Sequence record: OZ346219.1
Source: a phage
Direction: 5' to 3' (one strand)
Length of the DNA: 64,000 nt
Below the pieces are notes generated by a model, which was not told where the DNA came from, made no database searches, and saw nothing but the letters and a program-made list of their open reading frames with translations. Position numbers and translations under genes: made by a program. Positions 36,014 through 44,144 of this stretch are shown here, piece by piece; position 1 is the stretch's first letter; the number at the start of each line of letters is the position of its first letter.

Positions 36014-36040
36014 AATAAAAAAGCCACTCCGAAGAGTGGC
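36014..36040 (-). terminator. Rho-independent terminator
   Basis: GCCACUCUUCGGAGUGGC hairpin + UUUUUUAUU. Confidence 0.65.
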
Positions 36041-36185
36041 TTATAGGGAAGGTAGCGAATCTTCCTTGTCTCCAACCTGCTAGCGGCCTAGCAAGTTAAT
36101 GCTTTAGCGTACCGGATCGCCCATACGCCGCAATAAATGCGGCTAGGTGACGTCCAAATCATTCTAACCGCGCTGTCTTTAGTTC
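36041..36185 (-). ncRNA. Candidate small structured RNA (about 145 nt) between a late-promoter-like TATAAATA and a terminator
   Basis: GC-rich relative to surroundings, 3 or more hairpins (GCCGCA-TTTAT-TGCGGC, GCTAG-CGGC-CTAGC, GGAAG...CTTCC), no ORF longer than 24 codons. Confidence 0.3.
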
Positions 36186-36189
36186 ACTA

Positions 36190-36408
36190 TTATTTATATC
36201 GCTTTCTATCGCGACGTTTTTGGTCTTCTTCCTTGATAGAGTTAAATGCATCAAAAAGACACATGACACTAATAATAAACATAACCGTATTTTCTACGAT
36301 ATCCCACGGCTTCGCATCAGTACAGATCCCCCAAACGGTAAGAAATGCAAATAAGGCAGAAGAGATCACAAGAATGATACTTGCTAAGATATAAAAAGTC
36401 ATTTTCAT
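36190..36408 (-). CDS. Small hydrophobic membrane protein
   Basis: 72 aa. Confidence 0.4.
   Translation of the reverse strand: MKMTFYILASIILVISSALFAFLTVWGICTDAKPWDIVENTVMFIISVMCLFDAFNSIKEEDQKRRDRKRYK
36191..36198 (-). promoter_or_regulatory. T4-type late promoter TATAAATA (minus strand)
   Basis: Plus strand tatttata at 36191-36198, overlapping stop of ORF 36190..36408. Confidence 0.45.
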
Positions 36409-36599
36409 GGTTTTACCTCAATTCTTCGATATTCATCACACATCCACGCAGTAAGCAAGAATCCCAGCACATAAGAAACAAAATACGTTAATGCTTCTTC
36501 TGGTTTCGTGCTATGTATCATCAGTAAACCAGCGAGAACGGTCTTAACAATTACATTTAAAATAATTAGCCACGCAAATAATTTCATCGTTTGCCCCAT
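36405..36599 (-). CDS. Small hydrophobic membrane protein
   Basis: 64 aa. Confidence 0.4.
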   Translation of the reverse strand: MGQTMKLFAWLIILNVIVKTVLAGLLMIHSTKPEEALTYFVSYVLGFLLTAWMCDEYRRIEVKP

Positions 36600-36823
36600 T
36601 TCGGTCGAGTCTTTTCAAACTTATACATTCCGTAACAATCTCGAATCATCCACGTAACAAGAGCACCAGTCAACACAGACAATACACAGAAGAAGTAAAA
36701 CGGTCCGGTTGCATTATCAACATGAGCAAGCCAGGTAAAGAAAACACATGCTAAGAATGTAAAGAACATCATAAAACACAAGAAAGCAAAATATTTTATG
36801 CTACTCATAGCGCCACCATACAA
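36584..36823 (-). CDS. Small hydrophobic membrane protein
   Basis: 79 aa. Confidence 0.4.
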   Translation of the reverse strand: MYGGAMSSIKYFAFLCFMMFFTFLACVFFTWLAHVDNATGPFYFFCVLSVLTGALVTWMIRDCYGMYKFEKTRPKWGKR

Positions 36824-36911
36824 CAGATCATAAGAAAACCAAACGCAATAAGAATTGCATCAAATTTAGTGAACTCAGGTCCACCTATCAACATCATTCG
36901 TTCTATTTCGT

Positions 36912-37154
36912 TCATAGCGTACAAAGCCATTTAAAAGCACCACATAAAGCGATCAAAAGACTAGGTATAAACGAGATTACAACAAGACCAAAAAAATCAT
37001 CTAAGGTAACACCGGAATAGCTACCTACTGTAACAACACCGATCATCAGACACAGAAAGAAAACAAATGCAAGCATAAACAAAGTATTGCTAAACAGTTT
37101 AGTGATCATTAGACACCCCACGACGATCAATTTCAAAAACTTTTTTATCATCAA
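36912..37154 (-). CDS. Small hydrophobic membrane protein
   Basis: 80 aa. Confidence 0.4.
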   Translation of the reverse strand: MMIKKFLKLIVVGCLMITKLFSNTLFMLAFVFFLCLMIGVVTVGSYSGVTLDDFFGLVVISFIPSLLIALCGAFKWLCTL

Positions 37155-37302
37155 CGAAGCATGTCACAACTGCCTCGTTGACTTCCGCAAATTGTTGTGT
37201 TACCCACTTAAGGTCAGAGCGAAACAATGTTCTATTAATAACAAATGTTTTACCGCTCTTATCCTTACCCATAAATTTTGCTTTAACCATATCAAATTCC
37301 AT
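37099..37302 (-). CDS. Hypothetical small protein
   Basis: 67-aa ORF, start uncertain. Confidence 0.35.
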   Translation of the reverse strand: MEFDMVKAKFMGKDKSGKTFVINRTLFRSDLKWVTQQFAEVNEAVVTCFVDDKKVFEIDRRGVSNDH

Positions 37303-37311
37303 ATTATCACC

Positions 37312-37470
37312 TTATTTGCTAATCGCTAAACCCAATCCGAAGAGAGCACCCGATGCTACAGTATACCCGAAAGTTTCAAAGGCAGTAAAGATATCTAAGC
37401 CACCAGCTAACAGAGTTGCAGTAAACAGAGTACCAGCTACGAACATAAAAGTTTTACCGATAAATTTCAT
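37312..37470 (-). CDS. Micro-protein (52 aa), hydrophobic
   Basis: Hand-translated MKFIGKTFMFVAGTLFTATLLAGGLDIFTAFETFGYTVASGALFGLGLAISK after GGAGAATCAAA leader; not in track. Confidence 0.4.
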   Translation of the reverse strand: MKFIGKTFMFVAGTLFTATLLAGGLDIFTAFETFGYTVASGALFGLGLAISK

Positions 37471-37501
37471 TTTGATTCTCCTTTCGTTTGTTTGTTGGGG
37501 T

Positions 37502-37530
37502 ATCTTACTACCCCCGTTTCATGTTGTCAA
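37502..37530 (-). promoter_or_regulatory. Sigma70-like early promoter with palindrome over -10
   Basis: rc: TTGACA-17-TAAGAT; GGGGGTAGTAAGATACCCC. Confidence 0.5.
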
Positions 37531-37536
37531 CTATTT

Positions 37537-37911
37537 TTAAGAATATTTTACTTCGTCTACAATGTCTTTCATGACATTGATTTCCATTCCGGTCAGAACA
37601 CGTTGGAACATGTGCTGAACATACGCTTTCAGATATTCATTTGATGGCTTGCTATCAAAAGTCTTTTTAGTGTAGTAGTCATCACCGAAAGCTACTGTAA
37701 TTACATTTTCGTCGTCGTTCCAAGCGATATAAGCAAATTTGCCGTTATCCCAGAAGCGAGCACTAATTGCTACTTTTGTTGAATCGAATCCTACTTCGCT
37801 GTGAGATTCAAGAACTACTTGCGTGCCAGTTTCTTTATGAATGTAGTAGCGGGATACTAAGTCAAAGTTACGGGTGTAGTGACATTCGAATTTATCTTTA
37901 AACAACATCAT
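37537..37911 (-). CDS. Hypothetical protein
   Basis: 124-aa ORF after early promoter. Confidence 0.45.
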   Translation of the reverse strand: MMLFKDKFECHYTRNFDLVSRYYIHKETGTQVVLESHSEVGFDSTKVAISARFWDNGKFAYIAWNDDENVITVAFGDDYYTKKTFDSKPSNEYLKAYVQHMFQRVLTGMEINVMKDIVDEVKYS

Positions 37912-37949
37912 TTTTGATTCTCCTAAGTGTGTTTCGTTTCGATATGTGC

Positions 37950-37978
37950 ATTATGCTATAGTCGTTTATGGTTGTCAA
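37950..37978 (-). promoter_or_regulatory. Sigma70-like early promoter
   Basis: rc: TTGACA-17-CATAAT. Confidence 0.5.
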
Positions 37979-37983
37979 CACCT

Positions 37984-38015
37984 AAAAACAAAAAACCCCG
38001 AAAAATTTTTCGGGG
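37984..38015 (-). terminator. Rho-independent terminator downstream of acb1-like gene
   Basis: CCCCGAAAAAUUUUUCGGGG hairpin + U-run. Confidence 0.6.
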
Positions 38016-38022
38016 TATAGAA

Positions 38023-38493
38023 TTACAGTTTGGTCGTCCACTCCAGGTCTAGATCTTCGACATACTCATGAGATCGGACAATCTCTAAATCGAACTCTAG
38101 GTCAGTACCAAATTTACGCGCACCAACATCATAAGAAAGCGTGATATGCGGTACATATTCAGGATAATCCCACGTCGCACCTAAAGCAGTGCCTATATCG
38201 TGTCTGAATTGCATGTAGTCGCTTTCAAATGCCAACACAAGCGCATTAGTACCGGATTGAGTTTCAAACACTTTAAGATGGCATAGAGAGCCTAAAAACT
38301 TTTCACCCTCTTCTGGTATAAACGGAACATAGACACGAGAATATAAGATAGTGCTATGCAGTTTATCACGAGGAACGGCATTAGGCAGATCGTAGAACTC
38401 CTGCAATTTTTCAATGCGGTCTAGTGTATCCTCAGTGAATTTAACCGCCGCATATGTACCTTTAACGGATTCTCTAAACGGGGTCATAATCAA
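38023..38493 (-). CDS. acb1: 2H phosphoesterase, Acb1-like (T4 57B position; cyclic-oligonucleotide phosphodiesterase candidate)
   Basis: Two H-x-T/S motifs (HSTIL, HITLS) about 90 aa apart; 156 aa; immediately downstream of gp57A-like gene as in T4. Confidence 0.6.
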   Translation of the reverse strand: MIMTPFRESVKGTYAAVKFTEDTLDRIEKLQEFYDLPNAVPRDKLHSTILYSRVYVPFIPEEGEKFLGSLCHLKVFETQSGTNALVLAFESDYMQFRHDIGTALGATWDYPEYVPHITLSYDVGARKFGTDLEFDLEIVRSHEYVEDLDLEWTTKL

Positions 38494-38747
38494 GCCTCCG
38501 TGATCAGTTCTACTTCCTCTTCCGCTGCGTCGTCTTTAGGGAGAAGTGCTTTCACTTCTTCGACAATAGCATCAAGGGAAACAGTCCCGTTTTCGTCTGG
38601 CTGAATACCCAGAATGCGTACCAGTTCCATCAATACACACTCACGATCTTTCAGTTGGCCTTCTAAGAATGCGGCCTTTTCTTGAGTGTCAAACAGACGT
38701 ACTTTCAGGACATTAATCATTTGTTCATGCTGATTGGACATATTCAC
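38490..38747 (-). CDS. 57A: gp57A-like tail-fibre assembly chaperone (small coiled-coil protein)
   Basis: 85 aa, acidic coiled-coil, position immediately downstream of gene 1. Confidence 0.5.
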   Translation of the reverse strand: MNMSNQHEQMINVLKVRLFDTQEKAAFLEGQLKDRECVLMELVRILGIQPDENGTVSLDAIVEEVKALLPKDDAAEEEVELITEA

Positions 38748-38773
38748 ATCTCCTACTTGTTGATAACTTTTTA

Positions 38774-39430
38774 TTAAATGTTCGCGAGAATCGCGCTTTC
38801 AAATTCTTCTAATGTACCATTATTTATGATAATGGTTTCACCGTCAATAGGCAAAATTCCTTTTTCGGTGGAGTGAGTAGATACAATACCAGTATCACGC
38901 TGAATATGCAACACCTTAGCACCCATAGCACGCATGAGAGCAATTTCAATAGGCTGACGCACATCAACCACTACAAAATACCCTTCTTCATTTTTGCGCT
39001 TCATAAACTCATCCACAAAGAGATTACACCAATAAAGCGGATTGATCAAGTTAACCATTATATCAGTACCGAGAGTGGTTAACATGAGACGAATAGACCA
39101 GACGTTATTATGTTTTTCTCCGATCTCATTAACAACCTTGTAAATCTCAGCCAGACGATCACAAGTAAAGGAACTACCGCCATACTTCGAATCTAGCATA
39201 AGCAGACACTGAATAAACCACTTATGCGCGGTATATGTATCAATACCTAGATCGGCTTCTCTGTCACGCCCTAACCCATCAAAGTCAAGATAAGTCAGAC
39301 CTAAGTCTGGTTGACATTCGCATAAGATTTCTTTGATCGGTGCTGCCAGTTGATAACTATGTCCATCAATTATTAACGCGGCAGTGTCTTTTCCTACTCG
39401 CTTTTTACCACAAAGTGCAATCAGTTTCAT
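38774..39430 (-). CDS. 1: Deoxynucleoside monophosphate kinase gp1
   Basis: MKLIALCGKKRVGKDT... and conserved blocks match T4 gp1 (MKLIFLSGVKRSGKDT...). Confidence 0.85.
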   Translation of the reverse strand: MKLIALCGKKRVGKDTAALIIDGHSYQLAAPIKEILCECQPDLGLTYLDFDGLGRDREADLGIDTYTAHKWFIQCLLMLDSKYGGSSFTCDRLAEIYKVVNEIGEKHNNVWSIRLMLTTLGTDIMVNLINPLYWCNLFVDEFMKRKNEEGYFVVVDVRQPIEIALMRAMGAKVLHIQRDTGIVSTHSTEKGILPIDGETIIINNGTLEEFESAILANI

Positions 39431-39445
39431 TATATAAGCCTCTTA

Positions 39446-40036
39446 TTACTTTCTAAAAGCAGGGTGCATAGCTTTAATACCTTCCACCCGCTGACGATCC
39501 GCCGCCTGAATTGCTGGGCGAGGAACGATCAGTTGACCATCACGTTCAATGCTCATTGTTTTAAAGGGAAGAATTGCAGTACACACCAGAGATTCATGCA
39601 TATCATCGGTGTATGTTAACTCAAGTTCCCCCAATTGTGAACACCAACAACCATAAAAGTTAAAAGTGCACACAATGTTACGTCGTTCGTTGTCCATCAT
39701 GTGAACTTGAACGGCTTCCGGCATTGAATCCTTCCACGCAGTGGAGTTACCGTTATTGTAGTCTACTATAGAAAGCATCCATGTGTAAAGGTTTAGATAG
39801 CTTTCCAAATGCTCATCGACAATAAACCGGACTACCAACGGGTCAAACTCCACATGACTAGACGGATAATCAGCGACCGCCAAACCATATTGACCAGCAA
39901 CTTGCTTAGTCGGTGGAATGGTTATAGCAGGAAGTGTAACACCTTGAGCATTTAAAGTAAAGCCTTTTGTTAGCTGTCCATCTGGAATATTGATCTGCCA
40001 GTTGCTAGGGTTAGCATAGTTAAAGAGATTAGACAT
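39446..40036 (-). CDS. Probable gp3 tail tube terminator / sheath stabiliser (by synteny)
   Basis: 196-aa ORF immediately upstream of gene 1; sequence not independently recognised. Confidence 0.4.
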   Translation of the reverse strand: MSNLFNYANPSNWQINIPDGQLTKGFTLNAQGVTLPAITIPPTKQVAGQYGLAVADYPSSHVEFDPLVVRFIVDEHLESYLNLYTWMLSIVDYNNGNSTAWKDSMPEAVQVHMMDNERRNIVCTFNFYGCWCSQLGELELTYTDDMHESLVCTAILPFKTMSIERDGQLIVPRPAIQAADRQRVEGIKAMHPAFRK

Positions 40037-40225
40037 TACTGATTCCTCAAATGAAAATATTTATTAACAATTGTCGCTTTGCGACGTGCCGTAGGCACTG
40101 ACTACTTTTTAACCGAAACAAATTTTTATTATTCTAAAGATCTTTCTTCGTTTTGGTTATGTTTTAACCAATAACTATATTTTTATACAGTAATAAATAA
40201 AACGGGTACTATACGAGGACTTCTT

Positions 40226-40480
40226 ATGACAGAAGACATTTTGTTAAAACTCTATGATCGTCTGGATAACGAATTAGCAACATTGCGGGGTGAAGTTCTC
40301 TATTTGTCTAAATGCAATACAGATCTGCTTAAGCAGATTGCAGAAAGGGATGATCAAATAAAATCCCTTTCAGGTGCATTACGTGATCGCGACAAGGCAT
40401 TAGAGATTTTACAGCGTGTTACCAATAAGGAAGAATTAAAAGACTTCTTACATGGTTATGCTCATGCTATCGATCTATAA
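40226..40480 (+). CDS. Hypothetical coiled-coil protein
   Basis: 84-aa plus-strand ORF with SD; followed by bidirectional terminator. Confidence 0.45.
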   Translation: MTEDILLKLYDRLDNELATLRGEVLYLSKCNTDLLKQIAERDDQIKSLSGALRDRDKALEILQRVTNKEELKDFLHGYAHAIDL

Positions 40481-40481
40481 T

Positions 40482-40513
40482 AAAAAAGCCCGTCAATGAC
40501 GGGCTTAATTTTT
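40482..40513. terminator. Bidirectional rho-independent terminator
   Basis: GCCCGTCAATGACGGGC hairpin flanked by A-run and T-run. Confidence 0.6.
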
Positions 40514-41540
40514 AATATGTATCAGCTAATTTAATTATGTTATCAAGTTCCGTGATTGGTAAAGTTTCTGTGTATCCATCTTTCAACATGGATTTATCAA
40601 CAACGCCACAATGATAAGTTCTCTTTATTTCCTTTTCAAGTTCCCACGGAATCCAGCCATCAACACTTTGTTTGACGTAAACAAGTTTGTGAACAAACTT
40701 AGATTTCTGCATATGTTGTTTCATTCTGGTTTCCGGTAATTCATTGGTTACACCAAACTTTATAAATTTATCATCTAACGTCTGGATATAAAAATATCCC
40801 ATCTCAGATGGACGATAGCCAGAAGAACTACATTTCGGACACCCTTTAGCATTTCTGTTGAACGTACAATATCTTACGGAAAATTCTGCATCATGTTTTG
40901 TACATTTAAGTTTTATCCATGAATTTGCAGTACCTATCCATTCACCATCGACACCTATATATTCATACCCTAACTTTTTACATTTATCTTCTATTCTAGA
41001 TAGTGCATCTTCCACGGGAACGACATATTCCATCTTAAATTGTTCAGCCGCGCATTTCTTACAACCACATGTACCATGATTTTTAAAATCAAAGAACTTT
41101 GTATTCTTCCAAATATGGTCATGTTTCTTGCATCTAAGAATCATCTTAGTAATTTGTGATTTCCACCCACCAACAAATCCCAAAAATTCATAATCAAGAT
41201 CTTTACATTTTTCTTCAATGAATTTGGTTGCTTCCTCTTCTGTCATAACTCCCCTACATTGAGGGCAACCAACAATAACCTTTTTAGCATAGAAACTATT
41301 ACTGGAAACATCATAGACAGATCCATGCTTATTGCATTGGATAACAGATCTAGTCAATTTTCCTTTCCATTCTCCAGAAAATCCTAAAAATGTATGGTCG
41401 ACAAGTTTACACCTCTCAATAACTTTGTCCGCAAATTCTCTAGGAGATTTTGTTACTTTGTTTACTCTGTATTCTATTTCTTCCGGTTGACGAAGATCAT
41501 AAACGTGGGGATTGCTCCCCACGGAATTAATATTAAGCAT
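40512..41540 (-). CDS. Three-fold Cys/His zinc-ribbon repeat protein with C-terminal GIY-YIG-like (T5orf172-type) domain; homing-endonuclease-like
   Basis: Three about 50-aa repeats (FLGFxGxW...CxKH...CPxC) and C-terminal GYFYIQ...KFGVTN...R...H; ATG overlaps stop of upstream gene (ATGCTTAA). Confidence 0.5.
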   Translation of the reverse strand: MLNINSVGSNPHVYDLRQPEEIEYRVNKVTKSPREFADKVIERCKLVDHTFLGFSGEWKGKLTRSVIQCNKHGSVYDVSSNSFYAKKVIVGCPQCRGVMTEEEATKFIEEKCKDLDYEFLGFVGGWKSQITKMILRCKKHDHIWKNTKFFDFKNHGTCGCKKCAAEQFKMEYVVPVEDALSRIEDKCKKLGYEYIGVDGEWIGTANSWIKLKCTKHDAEFSVRYCTFNRNAKGCPKCSSSGYRPSEMGYFYIQTLDDKFIKFGVTNELPETRMKQHMQKSKFVHKLVYVKQSVDGWIPWELEKEIKRTYHCGVVDKSMLKDGYTETLPITELDNIIKLADTY

Positions 41541-42354
41541 CCTTCCACACCTTCCTTGCATCATAGTTTTTACCTTTAGAAACAAATTTATATGTGTTAA
41601 GGTAGATAATATTGCTCCAGTCTTTCGGGCTAATCTCAACAAGTTTTGTTTTAATGTGTCCAGGTAGATATGCTTTGATCATGTGATCACTTCCACGCAT
41701 ACCTTTTACATCGCTCCATTTGATTTTTAAGCGTGTTTTATTGCTCAAGGTAGGAGTAGATGCATATTGCTTTAAAAGTGCCTCTAAAAACTGCTGACGG
41801 GCTTTAGGCGTTACATAGTGTAAGTTAAGACCCAGCATTACAGTATTACCCGCCTTTGTCTTAGAATCACCCAGACAAATGATCAGCGGGAAAACATCCC
41901 AATATGGCAAAGTGTCTTTATACTTCGCATCATACATAAAGGTATAGATTCGCCCTACTTGCGGTTTTACAATCTGGTGTCCCTTTATTCCCGCTTTTAT
42001 TGTTTTAGTAAACCACTCCTGTGATTTTTCTTTAGGACGACTCTTTGATACAGCACGCATAGACGCACGAAAATCATTAATCATCATCATTGCGCGTTGC
42101 TGCTTATTGAGACCCTTTGCTCCTTTCCCTTTTAGTTTTTCAACTTCTATTGCTGTTTTAATTTCGCTGGCATAACGAGACATACTTTTAGTGAAAGTCG
42201 CATAGGCTATTCCCTTAGAATCTGCAAATGCTTTAGCTGTCATACCTTTGGCTTTTGCTTTCGCAAATTCTACACCCAATTCGACCCACTGTTTAGACTT
42301 TCGTTTTTGGGGAGACGGCTTTTCGTCTTCTGTGATTATTTCAAATACGCTCAT
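41533..42354 (-). CDS. Probable gp2-like DNA end-protector protein (by size and synteny)
   Basis: 273 aa, located between gp4 and gp3 as gene 2 in T4; sequence not independently recognised. Confidence 0.35.
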   Translation of the reverse strand: MSVFEIITEDEKPSPQKRKSKQWVELGVEFAKAKAKGMTAKAFADSKGIAYATFTKSMSRYASEIKTAIEVEKLKGKGAKGLNKQQRAMMMINDFRASMRAVSKSRPKEKSQEWFTKTIKAGIKGHQIVKPQVGRIYTFMYDAKYKDTLPYWDVFPLIICLGDSKTKAGNTVMLGLNLHYVTPKARQQFLEALLKQYASTPTLSNKTRLKIKWSDVKGMRGSDHMIKAYLPGHIKTKLVEISPKDWSNIIYLNTYKFVSKGKNYDARKVWKDA

Positions 42355-42365
42355 AATATTATCCT

Positions 42366-42839
42366 CTATTTGTTAAGACCTTTAAAGCCAAACACTTTCT
42401 TTAATGCATGTTCGGTGATGATCTTAAACTCCATGTTATGCTTTTGGCATAATTTCACGGCAGCTAACCATTTTTCAGTATTTTTTGTGTATGTCCATAC
42501 TTCATGCATATATCGTTGCTTTGTCTTCGCGGTCATTCTTTTTGGCTTTTCCGGTGGCCTTGTCTCTTTAGCTGGTTTAACTTCCCATAAATGCTCCTTG
42601 CCATCATCAAACTTAACGTAAAAATCCATAAAGTATCTGTGTCTTTTCCCGTCTGTTGATGACTCATAAGGAATTACTACGGTCTCAGATCCCCATTTTG
42701 CAACTCTAGGATTGCGGTCTAAAAATTTCATTATATGTAATTCCCAACTTGACCTGTAGACGATTTTTTTCAGGTCGCCTTTATACTTCTCCGGGTTTTC
42801 AGGTCTATATTTACCCTTATATGTGTTGCAATTACCCAT
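42366..42839 (-). CDS. 4: Head completion protein gp4
   Basis: YKGKYRPENPEKYKGDLKKIVYRSSWE...WEVKP matches T4 gp4 (YKGKFNPKNRKKYVGDLNNITYRSSWE...). Confidence 0.8.
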   Translation of the reverse strand: MGNCNTYKGKYRPENPEKYKGDLKKIVYRSSWELHIMKFLDRNPRVAKWGSETVVIPYESSTDGKRHRYFMDFYVKFDDGKEHLWEVKPAKETRPPEKPKRMTAKTKQRYMHEVWTYTKNTEKWLAAVKLCQKHNMEFKIITEHALKKVFGFKGLNK

Positions 42840-43534
42840 TATACCACCTTCTTCTTGCAGTTGTCACCATGCCATCTAACATAATTTCCCTGATTGGCTG
42901 TTTTTCCACAATGAGGACAGGTGAAATACGGACGAGACTTTGACAATTCACTATATTTTTGTTTCATTTCTGGCGTGTTATGAATACGTTTCCATTTCTC
43001 TACGTTTTCTTGTGACAACTTTCTACCCTTACCCGCTTTAGAGATGTTGTCTCTCCATTCTTGTGTAATTTCTCTTGACGCAATATTTCTTTTATGTTCT
43101 TCTGTAAACACTCTACCTTTTAATGAAGCAGATAATTTCTGTCGATGTTCCTCAGATAATTTAATTCCTTTTCTCTTTCCTTTAGTTGCTTCTGATATTC
43201 TGCGTCTAGTCTCTTCGGATCTTTTTCTTCCTGTATGAAATTTTCTTGAAGTCTCGACCGCAAGTTTTCTTACCCACTCAAATTGTTTATTGTTATAGTT
43301 GGTAGACCCCATCAATATTTTCGCCGCATGTACAATTCCGTGATGTGTTGGATGCATTTTTGCTAAAAGTTGATGAGCAACAAAATGTTCAGACCCCGTT
43401 AACTCAACTATATTTTCTGGACTATCATCACCTCCCATACAACGAGGAATAATATGATGTTTTTCTTTATATCCTTCAAGCGTTCTATGCTTTGCGCGTT
43501 CAATTAATCGATCATAATGTTTTTGATAGTCCAT
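42839..43534 (-). CDS. HNH homing endonuclease with NUMOD-like repeats
   Basis: HHIIPRCMGGDDSPENIVELTGSEHFVAH HNH core plus repeated TGRKRSEETRRRIS / LSEEHRQKLS modules. Confidence 0.75.
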   Translation of the reverse strand: MDYQKHYDRLIERAKHRTLEGYKEKHHIIPRCMGGDDSPENIVELTGSEHFVAHQLLAKMHPTHHGIVHAAKILMGSTNYNNKQFEWVRKLAVETSRKFHTGRKRSEETRRRISEATKGKRKGIKLSEEHRQKLSASLKGRVFTEEHKRNIASREITQEWRDNISKAGKGRKLSQENVEKWKRIHNTPEMKQKYSELSKSRPYFTCPHCGKTANQGNYVRWHGDNCKKKVV

Positions 43535-43549
43535 TTTAGCACCCTTTAT

Positions 43550-43557
43550 TATAAATA
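43550..43557 (+). promoter_or_regulatory. T4-type late promoter TATAAATA upstream of gene 53
   Basis: Exact TATAAATA about 33 nt before gp53 ATG. Confidence 0.6.
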
Positions 43558-43589
43558 CATAATACTATTTATCAATTGAGGGTGCTAAA

Positions 43590-44144
43590 ATGCTCTTTTC
43601 TTTCTTCCCTGCCATTGAATACAACGGCAAGATGATTACTGACATTGTGCGCAATTACCGCGCATATTTCAACGCAATAATTTCTGATTATAACATACAA
43701 ACATATTACATTCAAGGGAGTCCACGACCGGAACAAGTTGCATATGAAGTATACGGAAACCAACAACTTTATTGGATCTTGCTGATGCTTAATGACGTAT
43801 ACGATCCGTTCCATGACTGGATCACCGATCAAGAGACAGCATATGAATCAGCCGAACAGCGATATGCAAATGTAGGAGGAAATCAAGTATTATACCACGT
43901 TGATATTGACGGAAACAAGTATTGGAATCTTACCGAATATCCGAAAGGATCAAGCAATTGGTATGATAAAGGGGATATTCATCATCGTCATTTGCAGTTT
44001 CAAGGTGCACTATCGGCAGTAGACACACTGGAAGATGCGATTCTCCGCAATGAGGAACGACGCAAGATCAAGATCATAGATCCTACACAAATTAAACAAT
44101 TTATTAACGCATTCATTCGAGAAATGGAAAAGGCTGATGTGTAA
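43590..44144 (+). CDS. 53: Baseplate wedge protein gp53
   Basis: TYYIQGSPRPEQVAYEVYGNQQLYWILLMLNDVYDPFHDWIT matches T4 gp53. Confidence 0.85.
   Translation: MLFSFFPAIEYNGKMITDIVRNYRAYFNAIISDYNIQTYYIQGSPRPEQVAYEVYGNQQLYWILLMLNDVYDPFHDWITDQETAYESAEQRYANVGGNQVLYHVDIDGNKYWNLTEYPKGSSNWYDKGDIHHRHLQFQGALSAVDTLEDAILRNEERRKIKIIDPTQIKQFINAFIREMEKADV

Noticed and set aside
36041-36185. Possible tRNA gene
   Set aside because: Hairpins have 5- and 9-nt loops with no T-arm or anticodon-arm geometry; reported as candidate small RNA instead.
37178-37540. Plus-strand 120-aa ORF
   Set aside because: Overlaps an early promoter and a minus-strand micro-protein gene with a conserved leader; composition looks like an antisense artefact.
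40180-40200. Late promoter upstream of plus-strand ORF 40226
   Set aside because: Sequence is AATAAATA, one mismatch from TATAAATA; a similar variant occurs on the other strand upstream of gp3. Too uncertain to call without transcript data.
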